Part shown: piece after piece, positions 31,536-41,587 of the stretch
Numbering within the stretch: the stretch's first letter is position 1
Layout of the letters: every line of letters starts with the position of its first letter
Origin: Sedimenticola sp.
Lineage (GTDB): Bacteria; Pseudomonadota; Gammaproteobacteria; Chromatiales; Chromatiaceae
DNA length: 64,000 nt
Direction: 5' to 3'
Assembly: GCA_026196795.1 (NCBI GenBank)
Contig: JAPHUE010000058.1
Location: 7,745-71,744, forward strand
Notes under the pieces: generated by a model
What the model was told of the DNA's origin: nothing
Database searches by the model: none
Seen by the model: the letters and a program-made list of their open reading frames with translations, nothing else
Program-made: the position numbers and the translations under genes

Positions 31536-33650
31536 CTAAATCTCCAGTAAACCGTTAATGGCGCTGGTGATTTGTGCTTCACCCGGCAAGACACTGTTCA
31601 GAAGAACCGGGCTATGCGGGCTGGGTATATCAGGCATGGCCAGGCGTTTGATGGGGGCGTCCAGTTCAAAAAAGACCTCTTCTGTTAAGGTTGCGGCAAT
31701 CTCTGCTCCAAACCCGGCCGTGATGTTGTCTTCATGAACAATCAGGCAGCGACTTGTTTTGGTCACCGAGGCGATAACCATTGCCTTATCCCAGGGTGAA
31801 ATGGTTCTTAGATCAATCACTTCAACTCTTCCTGGAAACTGATTTGCTGCCGCTTCACAGCGTGGCACCATAGCCCCCCAGGTGACGATGGTCAGGTCCG
31901 TTCCCGTGGTGAGACAGGATGCCTGTCCAAACGGAATAACATACTGATCACCCGGGTAGGGACGACGCGCCCAGGCATCATCCAGCATGGCGCGATGTTC
32001 AAAGAAGATTGTAGGGTTGTTACTACGCATTGCAGAACGGAGCAGACCCACCGCATCTTCAGCATTGGAGGGCATCGCTACCTGCCAGCCGATGGCGTGA
32101 GCCCATTTTACTTCCTGGCATTGGCTGTGCCAGGGGTCACCACACTTGAAAAATCCGCCGGCGATACGCACTACCATCGGCGCAGAAAAGCGGTTTTTGG
32201 TACGCCAGCGCATAGTGCCTGTGTCATTGAGCTGTTCTTCAGCAGGGTCGGCATATTTCCTGAATTGAATCTCCGGTACTGGCATCAAGCCTGCCTGAGC
32301 CATGCCAATGGATCGACCGATAATGCCCTCTTCGGAAAGGCTGGTATCAAATACCCGTTGCTCGCCATATTTTTCTGCAAGTCCCATGGTGACGGCGTGA
32401 ACGCCACCTTTTACAGCAACATCTTCACCAAATACCAGAAGACGATTGTTCGTGGTCAATTCATAATCCAGGGTACGTCGAATAGCCGACACCATGTTGA
32501 TACGCGTAGGTTCAGGCACAGGTGTTAGAGATGATGCAGGAAAAGTAATACCGCTTGGGGCGAGTCCGCCCTGATGCTGTATATCAGGTGTTCCATCCTT
32601 TCTTGTTTCGCAGAAGATGTGATGAAGAATATCGTGGGTTTCAGGGATAGGGCGTATTTTTGCTTTTTTGAGTGCACTCTCAACATCCTGTTCTGCGTCT
32701 GCTTCCAGGGCGTCCCATTCGGCTTCGCTGATAAGGTTATCAAGCAGGTAAGTCTTTAGTTTTGGTAGAGGGTCTCGAGACTGCTCTTCTGCGATCTGAT
32801 CAGCTGATTTGTAGGCCTGGGTGTCTTGCGCGGAGTGTCCTGAAAGACGCGGAACCTCCAGACGGAGCAATACAGGTCCCAGATCGTTTCGCAAGTGCTC
32901 CAATGCCTGATCAATAAGTGTGCTGGCTACTTCCGGATCTGATCCATCGCCATCCAGAATCTCAAGGTTTTTAAATGCGGCAAGGTTTGCCGCGATATTT
33001 TTACCGGGCGTCTGTTTGTCGGATGTAACCGAAATACCGTAGCCATTATCCTCGATATAGAAGAGCATCGGCAGTTTCAGGGTTGTGGCCATAGTGAGCG
33101 ATGACCAGAATCCACTGGTTGAGGTGGAGGCTTCTCCACCGTGTGCGACTGCAATGCAGCCTTTGTAGCTGTTATCTTTGAGAACACGTTGATAGTAGTG
33201 GATCGACTGAGCCCATCCAGCCACCGGTGTGTATTGGGCACCGACCCCACCACTCATTGGGAGCCCACAGGGACCTTTCAGGTTTGGTAGGTTGTGCACA
33301 ACACCAATGTCACGGCCGTCACTATAGCCACCGGCTCGCATCAAGGGTCCTGCCATGGCATCTTCAAATGACATTCCCAAAGAGAGCATCAGTGGTCTGG
33401 ATCGATAGTAACCCGCCAGTGCATCATGATTGCCGATCAACCTCGTTCCCAAGATGATTTGAGCCATATCATGACCACGTGCAGAAAACTGGTATAGCAC
33501 CTCTTTATTTGGCACCAGCTCTGTCTCTTCAATTCGATCCATAGCGCGGGACACAAACAGCAGATAGGCAATCTTTTTCCAATCGTATTTGGAATTTTCA
33601 ATGGGGACTGTCGGTTGCGATAGTTGGTGAAGCTTCGGGGTTGCACTCAT
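31536..33650 (-). CDS. Fused alpha/beta E1 of a 2-oxoacid (probably branched-chain) dehydrogenase
   Basis: YQFSARGHD, TPP motif GGEAS..EDNGYGIS, beta part FGEDVA..GGV, SEEGIIG, EIQFRKY, EVIDLRTI. Confidence 0.88.
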   Translation of the reverse strand: MSATPKLHQLSQPTVPIENSKYDWKKIAYLLFVSRAMDRIEETELVPNKEVLYQFSARGHDMAQIILGTRLIGNHDALAGYYRSRPLMLSLGMSFEDAMAGPLMRAGGYSDGRDIGVVHNLPNLKGPCGLPMSGGVGAQYTPVAGWAQSIHYYQRVLKDNSYKGCIAVAHGGEASTSTSGFWSSLTMATTLKLPMLFYIEDNGYGISVTSDKQTPGKNIAANLAAFKNLEILDGDGSDPEVASTLIDQALEHLRNDLGPVLLRLEVPRLSGHSAQDTQAYKSADQIAEEQSRDPLPKLKTYLLDNLISEAEWDALEADAEQDVESALKKAKIRPIPETHDILHHIFCETRKDGTPDIQHQGGLAPSGITFPASSLTPVPEPTRINMVSAIRRTLDYELTTNNRLLVFGEDVAVKGGVHAVTMGLAEKYGEQRVFDTSLSEEGIIGRSIGMAQAGLMPVPEIQFRKYADPAEEQLNDTGTMRWRTKNRFSAPMVVRIAGGFFKCGDPWHSQCQEVKWAHAIGWQVAMPSNAEDAVGLLRSAMRSNNPTIFFEHRAMLDDAWARRPYPGDQYVIPFGQASCLTTGTDLTIVTWGAMVPRCEAAANQFPGRVEVIDLRTISPWDKAMVIASVTKTSRCLIVHEDNITAGFGAEIAATLTEEVFFELDAPIKRLAMPDIPSPHSPVLLNSVLPGEAQITSAINGLLEI

Positions 33651-34069
33651 GACGATACACTCGGATTATTCGTAGTAAATATGAACCAACACTCGGTAGC
33701 CTAATGATGTGGCAGAAAAACAAGGCTTCTTTTATACAAAGTGTAGGACCCAGCACGAGGAAAGTCCTTGCAAAGTACTCAGTTAATCGACTTGAAAAGG
33801 CAAAATAATCCTCAATTATCGTTATGTATGAAAAATATTACCTTTTTGGTGTGGTATAAGAGTGGGATATGCCTGGCGGCTTTGTCTTTGTAGGCCTGAG
33901 ATAGTGCTTTAAGCCCCCACATAACGGCCAAACGGCTTACAGAATCTGTTCATGCAACAGGCTATTTTTAGAGGGTATATAGTTGTATGTTAAGGAGATA
34001 TTCATAAACTTGTTCAGGCGTTATTCTAATTATGGGTATACAGTACTGTGTCACTATCAGGAGTCATGA

Positions 34070-35044
34070 ATGATCTGCATCAGTTGCGGTAGAACACATC
34101 GCTATATCGCCTCGTCAATTGATCAGGGTATGCACTGGTTACGGTCAGATGAAACAACCGGACTGGGTATCTGTTCATTCTGTGAGGTGTCAGTCAGCGC
34201 CTGGGACCAAGGTGCCAGAGATGTACGAACTTTGGCAGAAACTCAGCTAACTACAAAACGGGAAACAGATCTTCCCGGCTGGTTGATTGAAAATGCAAAA
34301 CTTGCTTCTTTGCCGCATGTCTTGATAGAGATTTACAAGGAGCTGGAATCCGATACAGCGGGTATTGAACGTATGATTGAGCTGATAGAGACAGATCCGA
34401 GTCTGACAGCGCGTTCACTGCAACTGGGTAACTCGGCATACTATGGCTCTTCCAAACAGATTACTCAGGTGGCTGATGCGCTATTGCGAGTTGGCCCTTT
34501 TGATCTTTGGGCGCTATTGATTTCGACAGAGGTGAAAAGCCTGTTCTTCGGGATTCGCCCGGATCTGATCGATATGAACAGTTTCTGGCGCCACTCTCTA
34601 TTGACGGCCTGTGCCTGTCGTAAACTTTCGGAGGCAAAAGGTATAGGTTCACCTGGTGATCTGTTTATAGCCGGGCTGATTCACGATGTAGGCAAACTGG
34701 TGTTTCTGCAACAACTGCCCATTGAATATGCGGAAGTGATCGAGGCACATACCTTTGGGGATGCCTGTTGTCAGTTAGAGGAACAGATTATTGGTATCAA
34801 TCATGCCGAGATGGGTGCTCGGTTATTTGAATCCTGGGGTTTTCCAGATAACCTCATTCAGCTCACTGAAAATCACCATCAAGAGGATATGACACAAAAA
34901 GAGGTATTGTTGTTGCGTAGTGCGAACGGTTTTTCCCGCCACTATCTCGAACCCAAATCAGACGAGCCGTATTCGACAGAGGCTGAAGATGAGATAGGGC
35001 CTATCCTCGCATTGTATGAACGTCTCACTGAATTGGTACTCTAG
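34070..35044 (+). CDS. HDOD-domain signalling protein with N-terminal CxxC..CxxC
   Basis: LASLP, IETDPSLTA..GNSAYYG, FWRHSL, AGLIHDVGKL, HAEMGA..W.FP, HH. Confidence 0.85.
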   Translation: MICISCGRTHRYIASSIDQGMHWLRSDETTGLGICSFCEVSVSAWDQGARDVRTLAETQLTTKRETDLPGWLIENAKLASLPHVLIEIYKELESDTAGIERMIELIETDPSLTARSLQLGNSAYYGSSKQITQVADALLRVGPFDLWALLISTEVKSLFFGIRPDLIDMNSFWRHSLLTACACRKLSEAKGIGSPGDLFIAGLIHDVGKLVFLQQLPIEYAEVIEAHTFGDACCQLEEQIIGINHAEMGARLFESWGFPDNLIQLTENHHQEDMTQKEVLLLRSANGFSRHYLEPKSDEPYSTEAEDEIGPILALYERLTELVL

Positions 35045-35722
35045 ATGTCTGAACAGGCTTATAACGCTATCCCGTTAACGCAGTATCAGGTTTTGACCCC
35101 GGCGGAAATGAAAAAACGAACAGATGATTTTTTCGCGCTGATGAAAAAACGCAGGAGTGTTCGTGCTTTTTCTGATCAACCTGTGGATCGTAATATCATT
35201 GAAAAGTGTCTGCTAACCGCAGGCAGGGCACCGAGCGGTGCTAATCAGCAACCCTGGAAGTTTGTCGTGGTCAGTAATCCTGAACTGAAGCGCACTATTC
35301 GTTTAGCCGCAGAGGAAGAGGAGCGTGAGTTTTATGCAGGGGGTGCCTCTGAAGAGTGGCTGGATGCACTAAAGCCACTGGCAACAGACGCCGAAAAACC
35401 GTTTCTCGAACATGCGCCTTATTTGATTGTTATTTTCAGTGAAAATTACGGAATAGATGAGCAGGGTAATAAAATCAAGCACTATTATGTGCGGGATTCT
35501 GTCGGCATTGCTACGGGCATGCTGATTACGGCTATCCACAATGCCGGGCTTGTCAGTTTGACTCACACCCCTAGTCCGATGCGTTTCCTCAACCAGATAC
35601 TGGATAGACCAAAAAATGAAACCCCCACTATGATATTGGTGGTGGGTTATCCTGAAGAGGGGGTCACCGTGCCGGATATTGAGAAGAAATCGTTAGATCA
35701 GATTGCTCTCTTTAAGGATTAG
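35045..35722 (+). CDS. Iodotyrosine deiodinase-like flavoprotein (nitroreductase superfamily)
   Basis: [53 protein letters not shown]. Confidence 0.85.
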   Translation: MSEQAYNAIPLTQYQVLTPAEMKKRTDDFFALMKKRRSVRAFSDQPVDRNIIEKCLLTAGRAPSGANQQPWKFVVVSNPELKRTIRLAAEEEEREFYAGGASEEWLDALKPLATDAEKPFLEHAPYLIVIFSENYGIDEQGNKIKHYYVRDSVGIATGMLITAIHNAGLVSLTHTPSPMRFLNQILDRPKNETPTMILVVGYPEEGVTVPDIEKKSLDQIALFKD

Positions 35723-35773
35723 TGACTGATCCCGATACCGACCCTGTAGAGTCGATATCGGTTGGTGCACCGT

Positions 35774-36394
35774 TTAACTGTAAACAACGCCTGCGGCCAG
35801 ATCAGGTGCCGGCATGGGTTCTCCCTCCAGCGTGGTTACCGGAATAATACCTGCCCAGACTTCCAGCTTCATATCGTTTGGACTATCGATGGGTGGTCCG
35901 GTTCTGATCTTGGCAGATGCATCCTCAATCTCAAAACGGACAACGGATGTTGCTTTTGCCTCGGCATCGGTGGCAGCACGGGCCACTTTTGTTCTGCCGG
36001 GTGCCAGATGCTCTGTAAGTAAAACCAGAGCGGCATGTTTCTCCTGTAAATCATCCACTGATCGTGCCTTGCCGAAAGCAACCACCGATCTAAAATTCAA
36101 GGAATGATGAAAGGTTGAACGTGCCAACACCAGGCCATCAAGGTGTGTCACGGTGACGCAGGCCGGCAAGCCATTGGCTAATTGGTTTAGAAGCCGGGAA
36201 TTGGGTGCCCCGTGAAGAATTAATGCGTTTTCCTGTCGAGCATAAGCCATGGGTATCACAAAAGGCTGACCTTCAAGTGTTATCCCAACATGGCAGATTT
36301 TTCCCGAATCCAGAATCTCATGAATGGTTTTCTCATCGTAGTGTCCACGATCCTTATGTCTGCTGATCGTATTTCTTTTTCGACTGTTTGGCAT
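35774..36394 (-). CDS. Pyridoxamine 5'-phosphate oxidase-like / NimA-family flavin-binding protein
   Basis: ICHVG..PFVIP, LHGAPNSR, DGLVLARSTFHHSLNFRSVV, AKIRTGPP, WAGIIP. Confidence 0.88.
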   Translation of the reverse strand: MPNSRKRNTISRHKDRGHYDEKTIHEILDSGKICHVGITLEGQPFVIPMAYARQENALILHGAPNSRLLNQLANGLPACVTVTHLDGLVLARSTFHHSLNFRSVVAFGKARSVDDLQEKHAALVLLTEHLAPGRTKVARAATDAEAKATSVVRFEIEDASAKIRTGPPIDSPNDMKLEVWAGIIPVTTLEGEPMPAPDLAAGVVYS

Positions 36395-36488
36395 CACTCT
36401 CTCCAGTTGTTTTATATGGACTAAGATTAATGCAATATGGTTCTATAAAAAGATCCAAAACATAATTATCTAATGGGGCCAAATAGCT

Positions 36489-37970
36489 ATGCAGCTATTG
36501 ATCGATCTGGATGGCGAAGGACCGCTCTATATGCAGCTTTACCGGGCCGTTAAAAACCTGATTCTGGCGGGAAACCTTTCAGAGGGTCAAAAATTACCAT
36601 CAACGCGTCAGTTGGCAAAACAACTCTCAGTCTCCAGAAATGTCGTGTTGCTAGGCTATGAACAGCTTAAAGCGGAAGGTTATATCGTTGGCGGTTTTGG
36701 TGGCGGAACGCGGGTTGTTGACCATCTGCCGGATGATGTCGGTAATCGACTGGCCTTGGGTAACGCAGACCTCAATTATAAAACTGATCCTGTTCAGCTC
36801 ACTACTCAGGCAGAAATATCGCTGGCTTACTGGCGAGCGAGGCCGCAACTGAACCCGAATCCAGATAAGCACTTGAATTATGATTTTCGCTACGGTGATA
36901 TTGATGTTGATTCGCAATCTGTAAAAATTTGGAAACAGTTAAGTAGTCGATTATTTAACCGGCATGTACATCAATATGGCGAACCGCAAGGGGAACTGCA
37001 TTTACGTACAAAACTGGCGGACTATCTGAATAATACGCGCGGTTGTCACTGCATGGCAGAACAGGTTGCCATCGTTAATGGCTCACAGCAGGCGTTGGAT
37101 ATCATTGCTCGGCTGTTCATAACCGGGAAGAGTTCGGTTATCTTGGAAGAGCCGGGATATCAAGCCGCGAAAGCGGTATTTCAGGCAGCAGGGGCGCATA
37201 TCATCCCTGTTAGTGTTGATCAGGACGGACTACAGACTGATAGGCTACCGCCGTACAGAGGGGAGACCTCTCTGGTTTATGTAACTCCCTCACATCAGTT
37301 TCCAACAGGATCAATACTCTCTCTTTCCAGAAGGCTGGCATTGCTGGAGTGGGCTAAGCAAACACACTCGTTCATTATCGAAGATGATTACGACAGTGAA
37401 TTTCGTTTTGAAGGCCGGCCTATTTCAGCACTTCAGGGGTTGGATAATTCGGGCAGAACGCTCTACGTCGGTACCTTTTCAAAAGTTCTGTTTCCTGCCC
37501 TGCGGATTGGCTATGTGATTTTGCCCACTCACCTCGTAGAACCTTTTATTGCATTACGCTGGCATGCTGATCGTCACACCAATACCCATCAACAGCGTGT
37601 ATTGGCCGAATTTATCACCCTGGGTCACTACGAGCGTCATCTGCGAAGAATGAGAAGACGTTATCAAGGTCGCCGGGATCGGTTGATAGAGCAACTTAAC
37701 CACTGCTTTGGTGAACAGGTGGTGTTACAGGGTACCAATGCCGGGCTGCATTTAATGGTTCAATTCAAGGAGACCAGGCTAAAAATACAGGAAGCGGAGA
37801 TAGTGCAGTCGGCTCGCAAAGCAGGCTTAGGTATTTACCCTGCAACACCCTTATATCAAACCCCGCCCGAGCGACTGGGGTTGCTGTTTGGCTATGGGGC
37901 AATTGATGAAGCCGACATAGCGCCGGGCATCGCTTTACTCAAACAGGTTATTGAGTCTTTTCACTCCTAG
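36489..37970 (+). CDS. MocR/GabR-family (GntR + PLP aminotransferase) regulator
   Basis: LPSTRQLA..VSRNVV, YVTPSHQFPTG, IIEDDYDSEF, GTFSKVLFPALRIGY. Confidence 0.92.
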   Translation: MQLLIDLDGEGPLYMQLYRAVKNLILAGNLSEGQKLPSTRQLAKQLSVSRNVVLLGYEQLKAEGYIVGGFGGGTRVVDHLPDDVGNRLALGNADLNYKTDPVQLTTQAEISLAYWRARPQLNPNPDKHLNYDFRYGDIDVDSQSVKIWKQLSSRLFNRHVHQYGEPQGELHLRTKLADYLNNTRGCHCMAEQVAIVNGSQQALDIIARLFITGKSSVILEEPGYQAAKAVFQAAGAHIIPVSVDQDGLQTDRLPPYRGETSLVYVTPSHQFPTGSILSLSRRLALLEWAKQTHSFIIEDDYDSEFRFEGRPISALQGLDNSGRTLYVGTFSKVLFPALRIGYVILPTHLVEPFIALRWHADRHTNTHQQRVLAEFITLGHYERHLRRMRRRYQGRRDRLIEQLNHCFGEQVVLQGTNAGLHLMVQFKETRLKIQEAEIVQSARKAGLGIYPATPLYQTPPERLGLLFGYGAIDEADIAPGIALLKQVIESFHS

Positions 37971-38026
37971 TGAATAATGCCGTTCCAGTGGTATGGTGTG
38001 GATATAGAAACAAGTGAGGACTCAGT

Positions 38027-38467
38027 ATGACCAACCTCTATCTACTCTCCCTGGTTGCCGTTGTCGGGGGTATTGCGGTGGCTTTACAGGCTCAGCTGAT
38101 GGGTCTTTTGGATAGGCAGATCGGTACGCTAGAAAGTGTATTCATTACCTATGGAAGTGGCGGACTACTGATCGGTCTGGTGATGCTCTATATGCGTGGT
38201 GGACATCTCTCTCTCTGGCATACCGTTCCCTGGTATGCCTACCTGTCAGGAGTGATTGGTCTGATTATTGTGGCTTCGATCGGTTTCAGTGTGCCGCGAC
38301 TTGGACTTGTGACCGCCTTTACTCTGATGGTTGCTGCACAGTTTATTGTTGGCGCATTACTTGATCATCACGGTTTTCTGGGTGCAGAGGTACGTCAGCT
38401 GAATCTGCAAAAAGTGGCGGGGATGTTTTTTGTTCTGATCGGTGTATGGCTTACCGTACGTAGCTGA
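38027..38467 (+). CDS. DMT-family small transporter (YdcZ/DUF606-like)
   Basis: Five hydrophobic segments; VPWYAYLSG..G, PRLG, QFIVGALLDHHG. Confidence 0.8.
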   Translation: MTNLYLLSLVAVVGGIAVALQAQLMGLLDRQIGTLESVFITYGSGGLLIGLVMLYMRGGHLSLWHTVPWYAYLSGVIGLIIVASIGFSVPRLGLVTAFTLMVAAQFIVGALLDHHGFLGAEVRQLNLQKVAGMFFVLIGVWLTVRS

Positions 38468-38577
38468 AAAAAGGCTGAAAGAAATCCTCTGTTAGGAGGG
38501 TCTATTTTGGGAGAGAGAGTAGTTTCTTCCCAAGAGAATGAGGCGCTTGTTGCTTTATTAACTGACGAGGCCAGCGT

Positions 38578-39525
38578 ATGACCCGATCTTCATATCTGTT
38601 TCAGGCATCCCTCTTCATCGTATGGCTGTCGGTCTTATATCCTGGGTTAGCACAAGCTGTGCAAAAAGGGGATTTCACCATCTCGCCAGAAGAGGCGGCC
38701 ATTCCCGTTGATCAAATCCATTCAGGCGGGCCACCCAAAGATGGTATTCCCTCTATTGATAGGCCTCGCTTTCTGACTGAAGAGAAAAGCAGACTGCAGC
38801 CTACCGACCGGATATTGGGGCTGATGTGGAATGGTGTTGCCAAGGCCTATCCTATCGCTATCATGAACTGGCATGAGATAGTGAATGATCAGTTTGGAAA
38901 AGATCCCGTAGTTATTACCTATTGTCCCTTATGTGGCAGTGGTGTCGCTTTCCATGCAGAGGTCCGGGGTGAAACGCTTCAGTTTGGCGTTTCAGGCTTG
39001 CTCTATAACAGTGATGTGCTGCTCTATGACCGCAAGACCGAGTCACTCTGGTCACAACTGTTGTCCCGTGCAGTCACCGGTGAGATGAATGGGACGCGTC
39101 TGAAAGTACTGCCCTTGATGGTTACAACCTGGGAAGAGTGGAAACAACTCTATCCTGCAACCGTGGTTTTATCCCGTGATACCGGTCATTTCCGAGACTA
39201 TGACAGAGATCCCTACGCTGGATATGAGACCAGTGAGGGTATCTATTTTCCAGTGAGTAAAAAAGATCCGCGCTACCATCCTAAAGAACAAATAATTGGA
39301 TTGGAGGTCAATGGTGCGTTCAAAGCCTATCCTGTAGCAGAACTAAGCCTCAAGGGTGGTAAAATTACTGATGAGTTTGCAGGAAAAAAACTGGTTATCG
39401 ATTATAACCCGGTCAGTCAGAGTGTCCGCTTCTTTGATCAACAAGGTACTGAGATAGCGGTGATACGCACATTCTGGTTTGCCTGGTACGCCTTTCATCC
39501 TGAAACAGCCGTATATAAACCTTGA
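38578..39525 (+). CDS. DUF3179-family exported protein
   Basis: Signal peptide; GGPPKDGIPSID.P, AYP..IMNWHEIVND, YCPLCGS, FGVSGLLYNSD, FWFAWYAFHP. Confidence 0.85.
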   Translation: MTRSSYLFQASLFIVWLSVLYPGLAQAVQKGDFTISPEEAAIPVDQIHSGGPPKDGIPSIDRPRFLTEEKSRLQPTDRILGLMWNGVAKAYPIAIMNWHEIVNDQFGKDPVVITYCPLCGSGVAFHAEVRGETLQFGVSGLLYNSDVLLYDRKTESLWSQLLSRAVTGEMNGTRLKVLPLMVTTWEEWKQLYPATVVLSRDTGHFRDYDRDPYAGYETSEGIYFPVSKKDPRYHPKEQIIGLEVNGAFKAYPVAELSLKGGKITDEFAGKKLVIDYNPVSQSVRFFDQQGTEIAVIRTFWFAWYAFHPETAVYKP

Positions 39526-39538
39526 GCAACCACCTTAT

Positions 39539-40465
39539 TTATAAAGCATATTGCTCAATGCCCGTGCCTTGTAGACGATCATAATAACGCGCCCGGTAGA
39601 GGTGACGAACGCCCTGTTCATCATCCGTAAACGCGGTTCGATCATGTAGGATATTGTTACTGATCAGGCCCATTCCGGCCTCGAGTCTTCCACGGAAAAT
39701 ATAGGGCGAATCACTTTGAAGTATTTCAGTCAATGCATCCAGAGCGGCGCGAGTCGCTGGGTCTTCTGACCAGATGACGTGGCGGGTACGAATGGTGTAT
39801 CGCATGTGGAGGTTTCCACAGGGCATGATGGAGAGGACCGGCCCCGTCTCTTCCTGGCGTGCAATCTCACCCTGGTTCATGCGTGGAGGTATCGTCATTA
39901 CCTCCGGTCCCATCAGTGCCGTTATAAAATCTGGATTCTGATCTCTTAGGAGTATGTAGGCAATCTCATGATCGAGTAGGGCATTTTCACCCCCTTGGCC
40001 TGCACTCTCAACACAGTGCAGCAGGAGTGAATGGATCTGCTCTTCAGCTCGATTGTAATAGCCATCAGTGTGCCATTTGATGGCACGGTTGGAGTAGGGT
40101 ATGTACTGCTGTCTTACGCCCTCTGCGGCGACTTTGAGGGAGGTAAGCCCCGTATCATCAGATAACCAGTTATGATTTAAGGATTTGGCCCCGAATTGAT
40201 TTCCAAGGCTGAGTGGAATCTGTGGGTCAGGGTCTGAGCCTGTTTCGCTGATGTAAATGGCCATGTTGGCTTTTTCAAGTCGCTTCTGTATGGCGGCTTT
40301 TTCATGGCCGGTCAGTGACCTGGGCTCTTTGACGGAGACCAGTAGGTCATTGATCGATTTTGGATAACCGGTCAGCTTTCGCTCTCTCCATTCCTGGTAT
40401 TGCATCTCATCAGACGGCAAAAAAGGGGTGATGACTGGCTTCGAAGGGATGGCAGATAAAGGCAT
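39539..40465 (-). CDS. TauD/TfdA-family Fe(II)/2-oxoglutarate dioxygenase
   Basis: WHTDGYYN (HxD), LLLHC, NNILHDRTAF (distal His and Arg). Confidence 0.82.
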   Translation of the reverse strand: MPLSAIPSKPVITPFLPSDEMQYQEWRERKLTGYPKSINDLLVSVKEPRSLTGHEKAAIQKRLEKANMAIYISETGSDPDPQIPLSLGNQFGAKSLNHNWLSDDTGLTSLKVAAEGVRQQYIPYSNRAIKWHTDGYYNRAEEQIHSLLLHCVESAGQGGENALLDHEIAYILLRDQNPDFITALMGPEVMTIPPRMNQGEIARQEETGPVLSIMPCGNLHMRYTIRTRHVIWSEDPATRAALDALTEILQSDSPYIFRGRLEAGMGLISNNILHDRTAFTDDEQGVRHLYRARYYDRLQGTGIEQYAL

Positions 40466-40609
40466 AGGATAGGGTCGGGCTTGATGAGTGATGCCAGAAA
40501 TATTAGCAATTACTAAACAACTCTGCCAATTGAAACTTATTCAATGGGCAATAAAAAATATAATATCAATATATAACAATAATATAAGTTGCATACTTAA
40601 TTCTAAATA

Positions 40610-40975
40610 TCAGTTAATACCATCCTGCAAATGATCAATTTTTGCCGCACATATAAAATCATTTTCACTCAGACCCTTAATCGAATGAGTGCAGTAGCTA
40701 ACCTGACAAACACGATAACTGATAACGAGCTCAGGATGGTGGTCCTGCTGATTGGCGATCCAGGCGACGGCATTGGCAAACGCCATTGTTTGATAGAAGT
40801 CCCTAAACTGGAATGATCGGGTAATGGCCGTTGAATCCATATTGATGGCCCATTCCTGATCAATTTGATTTAAAAGTGATTCAGACTCGGTTTTTGACAG
40901 GGGAGGTGTTGATACTGAGCATGTTATACACTGTTTCTCCCTGAGTTGTGATTTTGATTGAATGTCTTGAGTCAT
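40610..40975 (-). CDS. phhB: Pterin-4-alpha-carbinolamine dehydratase
   Basis: FRDFYQTMAFANAVAWIA..DHHPEL..THSIKGLSENDFICAAKID. Confidence 0.9.
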   Translation of the reverse strand: MTQDIQSKSQLREKQCITCSVSTPPLSKTESESLLNQIDQEWAINMDSTAITRSFQFRDFYQTMAFANAVAWIANQQDHHPELVISYRVCQVSYCTHSIKGLSENDFICAAKIDHLQDGIN

Positions 40976-41118
40976 GGCAGCCTCGACGTTTCCTTCTCTT
41001 GATATTTAAACAGACCTGTCTGGAGTATGACGCAAAATCAGTTGTCCCGTTTTTTTGTTAGTTACATTTGAAACATTATGGTGTTGTGTGAACCAGGGAG
41101 CATAAGGTAGAAAGAGTT

Positions 41119-41586
41119 ATGGATCTCGATAAACTGGATAAGAAAATACTCACCCTGCTACAGGCAGATTCTTGTTTGACAAACAATGAGTTGGCTGAAA
41201 AAGTAGGCTTGTCTCCTTCACCTTGCTGGCGTCGGGTAAAACGTCTGGAAGAAGAGGGGATAATCACCTCCCGTGTAACGCTTATCTCTCCTTCATCAGT
41301 TGGGCTACACGTATTTGCTTATGCGCTGGTCTCACTTGAAAACCATAATGCAGAGACACTGGAGGTATTTGATCGGTTTGTACAGGAGTCTGCTCAGGTG
41401 CTGGAATGCAGTTCCATGAGTGGCAGTTATGATTATCTGCTGAAAATAGTCAGTCATAGTATGGACGACTATGAACTGCTGCTCAGTGGACAACTGCTTA
41501 AACTGAAGGGGGTTCGTTCTGTAAATACCAGTTTCGTGCTCAGTCAGAAAAAGACGACGACTGCGCTACCGCTCGATTATATTTGA
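41119..41586 (+). CDS. Lrp/AsnC-family regulator
   Basis: LDKLDKKIL..ELAEKVGLSPSPCWRRVKRLEE, SGSYDYLLKI. Confidence 0.93.
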   Translation: MDLDKLDKKILTLLQADSCLTNNELAEKVGLSPSPCWRRVKRLEEEGIITSRVTLISPSSVGLHVFAYALVSLENHNAETLEVFDRFVQESAQVLECSSMSGSYDYLLKIVSHSMDDYELLLSGQLLKLKGVRSVNTSFVLSQKKTTTALPLDYI

Positions 41587-41587
41587 G

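Noticed and set aside
38578-39525. DUF3179 as a selenoprotein
   Set aside because: The CPLC motif uses TGT codons and there is no in-frame TGA
40610-40975. PCD-like Rubisco assembly factor (acRAF/Raf2)
   Set aside because: The catalytic DHHP/His motif is intact and no Rubisco or carboxysome genes are nearby
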